A stretch of 64,000 nucleotides of DNA from an uncultured Clostridia bacterium (GCA_946542105.1 CAMNKJ010000001.1:35590-99589); one strand, 5' to 3'; shown: positions 36,701 to 46,340, counted from the stretch's first letter. Numbers and translations: made by a program. Notes: a model not told the origin generated them from the sequence alone.

Positions 36701-37765
36701 ATGAAACGGATCCTATGCGCTTTGTTGGCGCTTGTGATATTGCTCACAGTCAGCTCATGCAAGCTCTATACGCCCAAGCAGTATGACCGGGGTGAAGCGG
36801 ACGCTAAACTGATCGTGCATTTCATCGATGTGGGACAGGGCGACAGCGTCCTGCTTGAATCCGACGATGAATTTGTGCTGATCGACGCCGGAGAACGCGG
36901 CTATGGCGACGCGGTATCGAGCTACATCAATGAGCGCGGCGCGGATGAGTTGAAGTACGTTATCGCGACCCATCCCCACACCGACCATATGGGCGGTATG
37001 CGGACGGTGCTGAACGATATCGCGGCGGAGAATTTCATCACCGTGGAAACCGACTGCGCTACCAGCACATGGATCAAGCTGCTCAAAACGGTGGAGGAAA
37101 AGAAGATCAATTATATCGACGCCAAATCGGGCGACACCTACACCTTCGGCAGCGCGAGCTTCACGATTTTAGCGCCGAACTCCGACAGCTATGACAACTA
37201 CAATAACTATTCTGTCGTCACCAAGGTCACCTGCGGCGACATCAGCTTTATGCTGACGGGTGACGCGGAGAAGGAAAGCGAATATGAGATGGTAAGATCG
37301 GGCGTTGACCTGCATGCCGACGTGCTCAAATGCGGTCATCACGGCTCGTCCACCTCGACGACCGCCAAGTTCCTTAAGGCGGTGGATCCGTCCTATGCCG
37401 TGATCTCGTGCGGTAAGGATAACGACTACGGTCACCCTCATAAGGAGACCATGCAAAAGCTCAACACACTGGGCACTACGATCCTGCGCACCGATCAGAT
37501 GGGCACGATCGTCGCCTATACCGACGGCAGGGAGCTGAGCTTCAGCGCGACTAACGACAACCTGCCCTCCGAGATCGGCAATACAGAAAACAAGAACAGC
37601 AGTGCTCTGACGGCAGAATACATCGGCAACAAAAACAGTCATGTTTTCCATCTGCCCGACTGCAGCGGCGTCAAGAATATGAATGAGAAGAACAAGGTCA
37701 ACTTTGACAGCCGTGAAGAGGCTGTCGAAGCAGGCTATCATCCGTGCTCCTCGTGCAACCCGTAA
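36701..37765 (+). CDS. MBL-fold (ComEC C-terminal-like) lipoprotein with C-terminal Ada-like Cys4 zinc module
   Basis: Lipobox LTVSSC, HPHTDHMGG, CGHHGS, tail HLPDCSGV...HPCSSCNP. Confidence 0.75.
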   Translation: MKRILCALLALVILLTVSSCKLYTPKQYDRGEADAKLIVHFIDVGQGDSVLLESDDEFVLIDAGERGYGDAVSSYINERGADELKYVIATHPHTDHMGGMRTVLNDIAAENFITVETDCATSTWIKLLKTVEEKKINYIDAKSGDTYTFGSASFTILAPNSDSYDNYNNYSVVTKVTCGDISFMLTGDAEKESEYEMVRSGVDLHADVLKCGHHGSSTSTTAKFLKAVDPSYAVISCGKDNDYGHPHKETMQKLNTLGTTILRTDQMGTIVAYTDGRELSFSATNDNLPSEIGNTENKNSSALTAEYIGNKNSHVFHLPDCSGVKNMNEKNKVNFDSREEAVEAGYHPCSSCNP

Positions 37766-37771
37766 GATATC

Positions 37772-38824
37772 ATGGATAATCTGTTTACCTTTAATGAACC
37801 TAACGTATGGACGGCGCTCTCTGAATCCGACAAGCCGATCATCCTGTACGGGATGGGCAACGGCGCCGACAAGGTGCTGGATGAATTTGACAAACGCAAT
37901 ATCAAAGCCGTCGGTGTGATGGCGAGCGACGGCTTTTGCCGCTATCAGGAATTCCGCGGATTCACCGTGCAAAAGCAACGGGATTTTGAAGAACAATTCG
38001 ATGACTTTATGATCGCGCTGTGCTTCGGCAGCTCACTGCCGGATGTGATGGAACACATTCACCATGTCGCGAAGCGGCATAAGCTGCTGATCCCGAATAT
38101 CCCCGTTGCAGGGGAAAACATCATGGATGACCGTTTCATCAAGCGATATCGACAGGAGATCAGACAGGCATATTCTCTGCTGGCGGATGAACGCTCACGC
38201 AGAGTATTCAAGGGCGCTCTCGACTTCTACTATACAGGCGAGCTGAAATACCTTGATGCGATCGAAAGCGAAAAGGACGAGGTATTCAAAAACATCCTGC
38301 GGCTCAGAGAGGAACGCTACCTCGACCTTGGCGCTTACCGCGGCGATACGGTGGACGAGTTCCTGCGCTATACGGACGGATATAGGAGCATCACCGCCGT
38401 CGAGCCGAACCCGAAGAATTACCAAAAGCTGTGTGAGCATGTCGCCGATATCGAGAACACAGCCGCGATCAATGCCGGGATCGCCGACCGCGTCGGTACG
38501 ATGACAGTCAGCAAAAAGTCAGGCCGCATGCCGGTGCTGGGCGATGCCAACGGCGTGGAGATCCCCGTGACGACCGTGGATAGGATCGACGGCTCCCCCA
38601 CCTATATCAAGATCGATATCGAGGGGATGGAGCAACAAATGCTCAGCGGCGCGGAACATACATTGCGGACGTTGAAGCCCAAGCTGAACCTTGCCGCCTA
38701 TCACAGGACCGAGGACTTTTTTTCTTTGATCAACCGCCTGCACAAGATCAACCCCGACTACCAAATCTATCTGCTCAAGCACCCCTACATTCCCTGCTGG
38801 GATCTGAATATCTACGCGGTGTAA
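37772..38824 (+). CDS. FkbM-family methyltransferase with N-terminal extra domain
   Basis: SAM motif LDLGAYRGDT and FkbM-like C-half (IKIDIEGME). Confidence 0.65.
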   Translation: MDNLFTFNEPNVWTALSESDKPIILYGMGNGADKVLDEFDKRNIKAVGVMASDGFCRYQEFRGFTVQKQRDFEEQFDDFMIALCFGSSLPDVMEHIHHVAKRHKLLIPNIPVAGENIMDDRFIKRYRQEIRQAYSLLADERSRRVFKGALDFYYTGELKYLDAIESEKDEVFKNILRLREERYLDLGAYRGDTVDEFLRYTDGYRSITAVEPNPKNYQKLCEHVADIENTAAINAGIADRVGTMTVSKKSGRMPVLGDANGVEIPVTTVDRIDGSPTYIKIDIEGMEQQMLSGAEHTLRTLKPKLNLAAYHRTEDFFSLINRLHKINPDYQIYLLKHPYIPCWDLNIYAV

Positions 38825-38923
38825 ATAACGGTTGGGATCATGAATGCCGCTTCCTCGCAATGAAAGTATCCATTTCCAAAACGGCGACGTCCTTAACGGA
38901 ACAACGCAAAACCGAATAGGATT

Positions 38924-38951
38924 CAAAAAGGGGCTGCCTTGCGGCAGCCCC
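38924..38951 (-). terminator. rho-independent terminator of the 544-aa secreted-protein gene
   Basis: GGGGCTGCC-(4-nt loop)-GGCAGCCCC followed by TTTTTG, read on the minus strand. Confidence 0.7.
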
Positions 38952-39000
38952 AACTCATTGAAGTCAATAGCTTCGATTATTTTGCTTTTATGTCGGACAA

Positions 39001-40635
39001 TCAGGTGTACCAGTCGGGCTCTCTGCTTGGGGGATCGATCTTAAAGAAGATGATATATCCCGTTGTTGTATTGCTGCCCTTATCTTCAAATCCGCTAGCG
39101 CAGTCATAATTGTAATCGCCGATGATCGTTGCGTTGGTGTTTTTTGCGCCGGAGCTGATACAGATCGCGGAGCCTGTTGTGGCGTATACGGTGCCGCGGT
39201 TATGGTATATTATTGCGTTTTCAGCGTTGTCCGGGACATAAATCGCGTGGCAGCCGCCCTTTACGAAAGTATAGGTCAGCGTAAAATCAGAGTTGCTTGA
39301 AACCGAGAAGGTGTTGAGGTCGGACTTAGCGGTGGAGTCAAATGTGCTTCCGTTCGAGTTATCTCTGCCGAGATTCAATTCTACCTTTCTGCGCTCGGGG
39401 ACCTCAAAGCCACCGCTTGGATTGATGCCCTTTACGTTATCATCGAGCTTGTAGCCTTTTGTTGCGTCAGCTTTTACCGTTATGAATCTTCCGTTGGAGT
39501 CGATGGTAAAATCACACATCGAGTCAATACCCTGCGACCAAGCGTCGATAAAGCTTCTGCAGCCCTTTTCCGTAGTGTATTTATTAAGATTTGTGGTTTT
39601 GAGTGTGTAGGGAGCAACGTCGAGAATGCTGTTATTGTTATCCTCGATAACCTTTGTAAAAATACCGTCCATCGCGCTGAGGCTTTGGAGCATTTCGGAA
39701 GCTGTATTCTCATACTTTGTATAAGGCGCTTCGTCCGCGTTTACTGTGATGATGTTATTGTCGATTTCATATTCCTTTACTTTTCTTGCCATATTGTTCA
39801 GTACATTGATGGCAAAAAAGTCAAGGATAGCGTGCTCCTCCATAGAGGTTATCTCAGTGTTGATGCCCTTGACAACCTTGTGGTAATCAGGTGTATTTGT
39901 ATAGCTGTGCTCGTTTTTGTCGGCGGCAATGACCCTGTCAAGCAGGTAGGATGTGAGCTGTTGATAGCCATTTTCGTGATTGTTGGCGCTGCGCTCGCCC
40001 TTAAGGAAGCTGAGCATCGCGTCAAAATCGGCCTGCAGATTGCTTACGCTGCAAACGGGGTCGCTGATGATCTCCTTGTAAGTCTTGTACGTGGTGTTGT
40101 TGAGCTTACCCATGCCATCGCAGGTGAAATTATCCTTATGCTGAGAGATACGCTTAAGAACATTAGCGTAATCCTCGGCAATTTTGTCGGTTTGCTTTCT
40201 GAATTCCATCGTGCTGATGTTGGAATCAATCATTTGAAGCTGACGCATCTCTTCGCTGTGATACTTATTTGCTTTTTCCGAAAGGGTCTGAACCTCGGCG
40301 AGAACCTCGTTGACCTTAGCCTTGATCTCCTCCGCCTGCTTATTGACGTCATCAATAACTTCCTGATTTGAGGGATCGTCGTCCAAACCGAAAATAAGGT
40401 TAAATACGGGACCGATCGCCATATTGGCGAGCTTCATACCCGTTGCGTTAAGTAATGTTTTGCCGACGTACCCGAAGGCGGTCTTTGCCATGCTTCCGAC
40501 TACATTCTCGGAGACTGAAGGCCCTGCTGCTGCGTTAGCCGAAGCCGGTGTAATTGTGACTGAGACTACCGAAAATACGGTGATTACGGATAAGGCTGTA
40601 GCGATAATTCTTGTTTTGATACCCTTCTTTTTCAT
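39001..40635 (-). CDS. secreted protein of unknown function (helical/coiled-coil N-half, beta-rich C-half)
   Basis: Signal peptide ending ASANA. Heptad-like QAEEIKAKVNEVLAEVQTLSEKANKY. I recognise no family. The segment is visibly AT-rich. Confidence 0.6.
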   Translation of the reverse strand: MKKKGIKTRIIATALSVITVFSVVSVTITPASANAAAGPSVSENVVGSMAKTAFGYVGKTLLNATGMKLANMAIGPVFNLIFGLDDDPSNQEVIDDVNKQAEEIKAKVNEVLAEVQTLSEKANKYHSEEMRQLQMIDSNISTMEFRKQTDKIAEDYANVLKRISQHKDNFTCDGMGKLNNTTYKTYKEIISDPVCSVSNLQADFDAMLSFLKGERSANNHENGYQQLTSYLLDRVIAADKNEHSYTNTPDYHKVVKGINTEITSMEEHAILDFFAINVLNNMARKVKEYEIDNNIITVNADEAPYTKYENTASEMLQSLSAMDGIFTKVIEDNNNSILDVAPYTLKTTNLNKYTTEKGCRSFIDAWSQGIDSMCDFTIDSNGRFITVKADATKGYKLDDNVKGINPSGGFEVPERRKVELNLGRDNSNGSTFDSTAKSDLNTFSVSSNSDFTLTYTFVKGGCHAIYVPDNAENAIIYHNRGTVYATTGSAICISSGAKNTNATIIGDYNYDCASGFEDKGSNTTTGYIIFFKIDPPSREPDWYT

Positions 40636-40713
40636 ACTTGACACCCCCGTAAGATTCTTATACTTATAGTATATGGTTTTTTTCACAATAAACAATATTC
40701 AATCAAGTCACGA

Positions 40714-40813
40714 TTTGTAGCCTAATTGACACATTGGCAGGCAGACGTAGTCTAATTTACAGAAATGAATCAATTGTAGCCAACTTGATAATTGCAGCAG
40801 TTGATGCTATAAT
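40714..40813 (+). promoter_or_regulatory. three direct repeats (TGTAGCCTAATTGA / CGTAGTCTAATTTA / TGTAGCCAACTTGA, about 29-nt period) overlapping promoter TTGATA-17-TATAAT of the TetR gene
   Basis: Read directly from the sequence. The third repeat overlaps the -35 hexamer. Confidence 0.35.
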
Positions 40814-40844
40814 CTAATCGGTTACAGAAGGGAGAGTTGATTTA

Positions 40845-41423
40845 ATGGCTGAAAAAAGACCCGACCGCAGGACTATAAAAACGAAAAACGCCATCTTTAC
40901 GGCGCTTGCGGAGCTGATGGCCGAAAAAGAACTCCGCCATATTACCGTTCAGGATATCTCGGACAAGGCAGATATTCACCGCGTCACCTTCTACAAGCAT
41001 TTTATGGATATATATGATGCTTACGAGCAGCTGACGAAAATAATTTTAAGCGACGTAGGCATCCTGTTGACTCAGCACGATGAAAAATCGCCCACGAAGT
41101 TTTATTATGATATATTAAACTATATGTCGGAACATTCCGTTTATTTTAAAATGATATTCAGCCCTCACAACACAAGCCGCCTTTATCAAAATTTGCTCAA
41201 ATTGTTTATCGGCTATGAAGGCTTGTTTTTATCGGAACAGTTTGGACCCGATTATCCCGAAAGCGTTTTAACCTGCGCCATTCGCTATCATGTGAACGGC
41301 TGTTTTGCCGTGATTGCCGATTGGATCATGACCGATCTTGAACAGCCGCGGGAATATATCGTTAAAATGCTGTCCGAGCTTGACAAAAACATCTATGCGT
41401 ATTTGAGAAGTCAGCAAACATAA
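40845..41423 (+). CDS. TetR/AcrR-family transcriptional regulator
   Basis: N-terminal HTH: TIKTKNAIFTALAELMAEKELRHITVQDISDKADIHRVTFYKHF. Confidence 0.85.
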   Translation: MAEKRPDRRTIKTKNAIFTALAELMAEKELRHITVQDISDKADIHRVTFYKHFMDIYDAYEQLTKIILSDVGILLTQHDEKSPTKFYYDILNYMSEHSVYFKMIFSPHNTSRLYQNLLKLFIGYEGLFLSEQFGPDYPESVLTCAIRYHVNGCFAVIADWIMTDLEQPREYIVKMLSELDKNIYAYLRSQQT

Positions 41424-41590
41424 GATCCTGTGTGTCATGCGACATAGGCGGATGGATTCGATCTCAGTACCAAAGAAGAACGAAAGCTGATGACAAAAAA
41501 TTCGACCCTGATTATCTTATACTAATATCTAATGAAACACTTTAAATAGATATCAGCGACAGCAACGGAAATGAAGCTGCCTGAACGTGC

Positions 41591-41633
41591 ACTGAACCGG
41601 GCAACCCTTTCGGGCTGCCCGGTTCAGTTTTTG
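41591..41633 (+). terminator. rho-independent terminator
   Basis: ACTGAACCGGGCA..TGCCCGGTTCAGT followed by TTTTT. Confidence 0.7.
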
Positions 41634-41640
41634 AGCTATC

Positions 41641-41800
41641 TTATACTAAGTAGCAATAAAACACTTTAATATCTATTGCGGAGAATTCCACATAACTGCG
41701 TTGTCAGTCTTGACAGGCGCCAGCCTGCCTGCGCCCTCCGCCTTGTTCTGCGAAATTCTCCGCTAATATCTTTTTAAAGCTTTTTATTGCTACTTAGTAT
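41641..41800. mobile_element. palindromic MITE-like element (about 50-nt inverted arms, terminus TATACTAAGTAGCAATAAAA)
   Basis: Left arm 41641-41690. Right arm 41746-41800. The arms are reverse complements at about 80%. No ORF inside. Confidence 0.65.
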
Positions 41801-41899
41801 TAGCGCGACATCCCCGACCTCTCGCCGGCAATTCTCCGTTAAGGACAACTACATACGGAAGAAATGATTTGCTACGCATTTGGATGGTAGTGGATGGAA

Positions 41900-41930
41900 A
41901 AGAAACGGCGGGGGTCAAGCCCCCACCCTA
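41900..41930 (-). terminator. rho-independent terminator of the ABC-F gene
   Basis: GGTGGGGG-CTTGA-CCCCCGCC followed by GTTTCTTTT on the minus strand. Confidence 0.6.
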
Positions 41931-41954
41931 CAGATTATCATATAATCTTATGTT

Positions 41955-43859
41955 CTATTCCTCCTGCAATTCTTCCCAAAGCTCATACAATTCTTCCAGT
42001 CGCGCCTGCTTTTCTTCGAGCTTTCCGGTCAGCTCCATGAGCTGTTCATAGTCGCTTTGCACCTCTTCCTTGGCGAGGGCTTCCTGCAATTCCTCGGTTG
42101 CGTTTTCCAGCTCTTCAATCTCCGCCTCTGTTTTCGCGAGGCGTGTTTTTCTTTTGCGTTCCTCGCTTTGGCGCAGTTTTTTGAGCTGATAATCGTTCAG
42201 CGGCTTTTCTGCTTTTTTCGCCTGCGGCTGATCGGGAGTGGGGGAGGACTGCTGTGTGATCCTCTCCAGATAATTGTCATAGTTGCCCAGATATTCGGTG
42301 ACGCCGTCCTTTGTCATCACGAGCACACGATCGGCGAGCTTGTTGATGAAGTAGCGGTCGTGGCTGATGATCAGCAGCGTGCCCTCGTAATCGCGCAGGG
42401 TGTCCTCCAGCGCTTCTCGGGAGCTCGCGTCAAGGTGGTTGGTCGGCTCGTCGAGCAGGAGCAGATTACAGCCGCCGAGCATGAGCTTCAACAGCGAGAT
42501 CCTCGCCCTCTCGCCGCCGCTCATGGCGGACAGGGGCTTGTACACCTCGTCGCCCTTGAACAGGAACGCCGCCAATGAGGTGCGGATCTTCGTCTCTGTC
42601 ATGCGCGGATAGGTGTTCCAGATCTCGTCGATGGCGGTGTTGTTAAGGTTCAGGTTCTCCTGCATTTGGTCAAAGTAGCCCACGTCCACCATTGCGCCGT
42701 ATTCATATTCGCCCGTATCGGGTCGCAGCTTGCCGTTGAGGATACGGAAGAGCGTCGTCTTGCCGCAGCCGTTGTCGCCGAGGATGAACACGCGTTCCCC
42801 CTTGGTGATGTGCAGATCGACATGACGGAACAGGCGCTTGTCGCCGAAGGACTTGCTCAGCTCCTTTGCCATGAGCACGTCGTTGCCGCTTTCGTGACGC
42901 GGCTCAAAGCGCATGCGGATGCCCTCTAAAGCGCCGTCGGGCTCGACCATCTGCGCTTTGATGCGGTCAATCTCCTTTTGCTTGCTTTCCGCGGTGCGGA
43001 TATTGCGCTCGCGGTTCCAGCGTTTTTGCTGTTCGATGATCCCCTCGATGCGCTGTATCTCTTTGAGGTCATTTTTATATTTATTCTCGAGCGCCTTTTC
43101 ATACGCCTGCTTCTTTTTGATGAAGTCGGAGTAGGCGCCCTTGTAGGTCATGCTCTTTTTGTGCTCGATCTCGACGGTCTTGTTGGTGACAGAATCGAGG
43201 AAGTAGCGGTCGTGGCTGATGATGATCATCGCGCCCTTGAAATCGCGCAAAAAGCCCTCCAGCCACGCGACAGAAGCAATGTCGAGGTGGTTGGTCGGCT
43301 CGTCGAGGAGCAGCAGATCGCTGCCCGAGAGCAGGAGCTTTAACAGACTGAGCTTGGAGCGCTGACCGCCCGACAGCGCCGAGGTAGGCATGTCGAATTC
43401 TTCCTCTTTGAAGCCCAGTCCCGTCAGCGCCGATCGGGTGCGGCTCTTGTAGGTCAAGCCGCCGTCGCGCTCAAATCGCTCAATCAATTCCGTCTGCCGC
43501 GCGATCAGCTCGGTCAGATCGCCCGTGCTGTGCTCGATCGTGATCGTGATCTTTTCGATATCGTGCTCCATCTGCTTAAGATCGCTGAACACGGATTCGA
43601 GCTCGTCATAGATACTGCGCTCACCGTGGGAGCAGGCGTGCTGTTCCATGTAGCCGATGTTAAGCCCACGTTCGGTCGCGACAACACCCTCGGTCGGTTC
43701 CAGCTCGCCGCAGATGATCTTGAACAGGGTGGTTTTGCCCACGCCGTTCCTGCCGATCAGCCCGACCTTGTCGCGGCTCTCGACCTCAAAGCTCATATCT
43801 TCAAATAACGTCCTTTCGCCAAAACTCATCGAGAGCTTGCTGACCGATATCGCAGGCAT
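41955..43859 (-). CDS. ABC-F family ATPase (two ABC domains, coiled-coil C-terminal extension; YdiF/Uup-like)
   Basis: Two Walker A motifs (GRNGVGKTT, GDNGCGKTT) and two signatures (LSGGQRSK, MSGGERAR). No TMD. Start taken at the ATG at 43859. Confidence 0.9.
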   Translation of the reverse strand: MPAISVSKLSMSFGERTLFEDMSFEVESRDKVGLIGRNGVGKTTLFKIICGELEPTEGVVATERGLNIGYMEQHACSHGERSIYDELESVFSDLKQMEHDIEKITITIEHSTGDLTELIARQTELIERFERDGGLTYKSRTRSALTGLGFKEEEFDMPTSALSGGQRSKLSLLKLLLSGSDLLLLDEPTNHLDIASVAWLEGFLRDFKGAMIIISHDRYFLDSVTNKTVEIEHKKSMTYKGAYSDFIKKKQAYEKALENKYKNDLKEIQRIEGIIEQQKRWNRERNIRTAESKQKEIDRIKAQMVEPDGALEGIRMRFEPRHESGNDVLMAKELSKSFGDKRLFRHVDLHITKGERVFILGDNGCGKTTLFRILNGKLRPDTGEYEYGAMVDVGYFDQMQENLNLNNTAIDEIWNTYPRMTETKIRTSLAAFLFKGDEVYKPLSAMSGGERARISLLKLMLGGCNLLLLDEPTNHLDASSREALEDTLRDYEGTLLIISHDRYFINKLADRVLVMTKDGVTEYLGNYDNYLERITQQSSPTPDQPQAKKAEKPLNDYQLKKLRQSEERKRKTRLAKTEAEIEELENATEELQEALAKEEVQSDYEQLMELTGKLEEKQARLEELYELWEELQEE

Positions 43860-44022
43860 CGCCCCACCCCTTTCTTTAAAAGTGTCAATGCGAGGGCTCG
43901 ACACGCGTGTCAGCCCGTTGCAATTTCAACCGATTAATGTGGGAATATTCACTACTAACTTCTTATTTTACCGCAAACCGACAAAAAGAGCAAGTATATT
44001 ATCCAAAAGACGCCTGCCGTTT

Positions 44023-44087
44023 TTATACTAAGTATCAATAAAACACGCTAATATCTTTTTAAAGCTTTTTATTGCTACTTAGTATTA
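44023..44087. mobile_element. collapsed copy of the palindromic element (23-nt left end joined to 42 nt identical to the right arm of the 41.7-kb copy)
   Basis: CGCTAATATCTTTTTAAAGCTTTTTATTGCTACTTAGTATTA is an exact match to 41761-41802. Confidence 0.7.
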
Positions 44088-44143
44088 CTGTTCTTTTGCA
44101 TATATTTTCTTTGGATAAATGAATACCCATTTTACCGCGGGTA

Positions 44144-44172
44144 TTGTCAAGATTTGCCGTTTATGATACAAT
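44144..44172 (+). promoter_or_regulatory. promoter TTGTCA-17-TACAAT
   Basis: Read directly from the sequence, upstream of the SNF transporter gene. Confidence 0.45.
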
Positions 44173-44213
44173 ATAAAAGCATATCTGCAAATAGTATTTT
44201 GAGGTGTAGAACA

Positions 44214-45596
44214 ATGGAAAAACGTAGTTCCTTCTCAGGCTCTGTCGGATTCGTGCTTGCGGCGGCAGGCAGCGCGGTAGGTCTGGGAAATATCTGGAGA
44301 TTTCCGTATCTCGCGGCAAAGGACGGCGGCGGTCGGTTCCTGCTGATCTATATCATCCTTGCCCTGACCTTCGGCTTTACCCTTTTGATGACGGAGGTCG
44401 CCATCGGACGTAAGACAAAACAAAGCTGCCTGACGGCATACGGCAAGCTCAACAAAAAGTGGGGCTTTCTCGGTGTGCTCGCGAGCATCGTGCCGTTCAT
44501 CATCATGCCGTACTACTGCGTCATCGGCGGCTGGGTGCTCAAATACGCTTTGGTATTCATCACCGGACAGGGCGCCGCTGCCGCAGGCGACGACTTCTTT
44601 ACGCAGTTCATCACCGGCTACGCGCAGCCGATCGTATATAACCTCGTGTTCCTTTTGATGACCGCGATCGTCATCTACCGCGGCGTCAATAAGGGCATCG
44701 AGTCCCTGTCCAAGGTGCTCATGCCGATCCTCTTTGTCCTGATCGTCGGCATTGCGGTCTATTCGCTGACCCTCAACGGCAGCGAGTCGACCGAGGGCAG
44801 AACCGGCATGCAGGGTCTGTCGATCTATCTGATCCCCGATTTCTCGGGCACGGACGCGCGCGAAATTTTGATGACCATCATGGACGCGATGGGTCAGCTC
44901 TTCTACAGTATCAGCGTGGCGATGGGTATCATGGTCACCTACGGCTCCTACTTCAAGGATAAGGATAATTTGATCAAGTCGGTCAACCAGATCGAGATCT
45001 TTGATACTATCGTCGCGTTCCTCGCGGGCGTAATGATCATCCCTGCGGTTTACGTGTTCCTCGGCACCGAGGGTCTGGAGAACGCGGGTCCCGGACTGGT
45101 ATTCGTCGCCATGCCCAAAATCTTCGCGCAGATGGGTGTTGCCGGCAATATCTTAGGCGCGGTATTCTTCATCATGGTGCTGTTCGCGGCGCTCACGAGC
45201 TGCATCTCCATCATGGAGGCGATCTGCTCGGGTATGATCGACAAGGGCATGTCACGTAAGAAGGCGACCGTCACCGAGGGCGTCATCGCGCTGGTGCTCA
45301 GCACCGTGGTATGTCTCGGCTACAATGTGTTCTACTTTGAGTTCAAGCTGCCCAACGGCTCTGTCGGACAGATCCTCGACATCATGGATTACCTTTCCAA
45401 CAACGTCCTCATGCCCATTCTGGCGATCGGCACCTGCATTTTAGTCGGCTGGATCTTAAAGCCCAAGACGATCATCGACGAGGCGACCAAGAACGGCGAG
45501 AGGTTCGGCAGAAAATGGCTCTATACCGCTATGATCAAGGTGGTAGCGCCGATCATGCTGGTCATCCTGCTGCTCGGCTCATTGGGTGTGTATTGA
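44214..45596 (+). CDS. sodium-dependent (NSS/SNF family) transporter
   Basis: Signature AAGSAVGLGNIWRFPY and about 11-12 TM segments. Confidence 0.9.
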   Translation: MEKRSSFSGSVGFVLAAAGSAVGLGNIWRFPYLAAKDGGGRFLLIYIILALTFGFTLLMTEVAIGRKTKQSCLTAYGKLNKKWGFLGVLASIVPFIIMPYYCVIGGWVLKYALVFITGQGAAAAGDDFFTQFITGYAQPIVYNLVFLLMTAIVIYRGVNKGIESLSKVLMPILFVLIVGIAVYSLTLNGSESTEGRTGMQGLSIYLIPDFSGTDAREILMTIMDAMGQLFYSISVAMGIMVTYGSYFKDKDNLIKSVNQIEIFDTIVAFLAGVMIIPAVYVFLGTEGLENAGPGLVFVAMPKIFAQMGVAGNILGAVFFIMVLFAALTSCISIMEAICSGMIDKGMSRKKATVTEGVIALVLSTVVCLGYNVFYFEFKLPNGSVGQILDIMDYLSNNVLMPILAIGTCILVGWILKPKTIIDEATKNGERFGRKWLYTAMIKVVAPIMLVILLLGSLGVY

Positions 45597-45701
45597 TCGT
45601 TTCCGCAATCCTTTGGGATTGTGATATCCCGATCAAAGCAATCCGGTTACTTACTCGAGCGGTCAATACCGCTTATCATTACAAAATCGGAGGATAACAG
45701 A

Positions 45702-46340
45702 ATGAAAAAAGCGCTTGCTCTATTGATGGCGATCGCCATCGTCCTTTCGCTCGCCGCATGCGGCGCAAAAACCGAGAAATCAAACGAAAAAACCACCGGC
45801 GGTGAAACCGCGTCAACCCCTGCGGCAAGCGGTAAATCACTGGTCGTATACTTTTCCCGAACAGGAGAGCAGGATAAGGTCGGCGTGATCGAAAAAGGCA
45901 ATACAAAGATCGTTGCCGAGATGATCGCCGAAAAGGTGGGAGCCGATACCTTTGAGATCGTTCCGAAGAACGATACTTATCCGATGACCTTTGACGCGCT
46001 TTGTGACGTCGCGAAGGAAGAGCAGAACAATAACGCTCGTCCCGAGATCAAGGATACCGTTAAAGACTTTGACAGCTATGATACGATCTATCTCGGCTAT
46101 CCGATCTGGTGGGCGGATCTTCCGATGATCTGCTATACCTTCCTTGAGAGCTATGACTTTAACGGCAAAACGATCGTTCCGTTCTGTACGCATGAAGGCT
46201 CTGCCGACGCGAATACACAGAAAAAGATTCAGACCGCCGTTCCCAAAGCCTCGGTCAAGGAGGTTTTAGCTGTTCGCGGTCAGGACGCGCAGAAGGATAA
46301 GGACAGCGTCAAGAAGCAAATCGAAGATTGGTTGAAGTGA
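45702..46340 (+). CDS. flavodoxin-family lipoprotein
   Basis: Lipobox LSLAAC-G, then SLVVYFSRTGE...PIWW...PFCTHEGS (flavodoxin_4-like). Confidence 0.75.
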   Translation: MKKALALLMAIAIVLSLAACGAKTEKSNEKTTGGETASTPAASGKSLVVYFSRTGEQDKVGVIEKGNTKIVAEMIAEKVGADTFEIVPKNDTYPMTFDALCDVAKEEQNNNARPEIKDTVKDFDSYDTIYLGYPIWWADLPMICYTFLESYDFNGKTIVPFCTHEGSADANTQKKIQTAVPKASVKEVLAVRGQDAQKDKDSVKKQIEDWLK

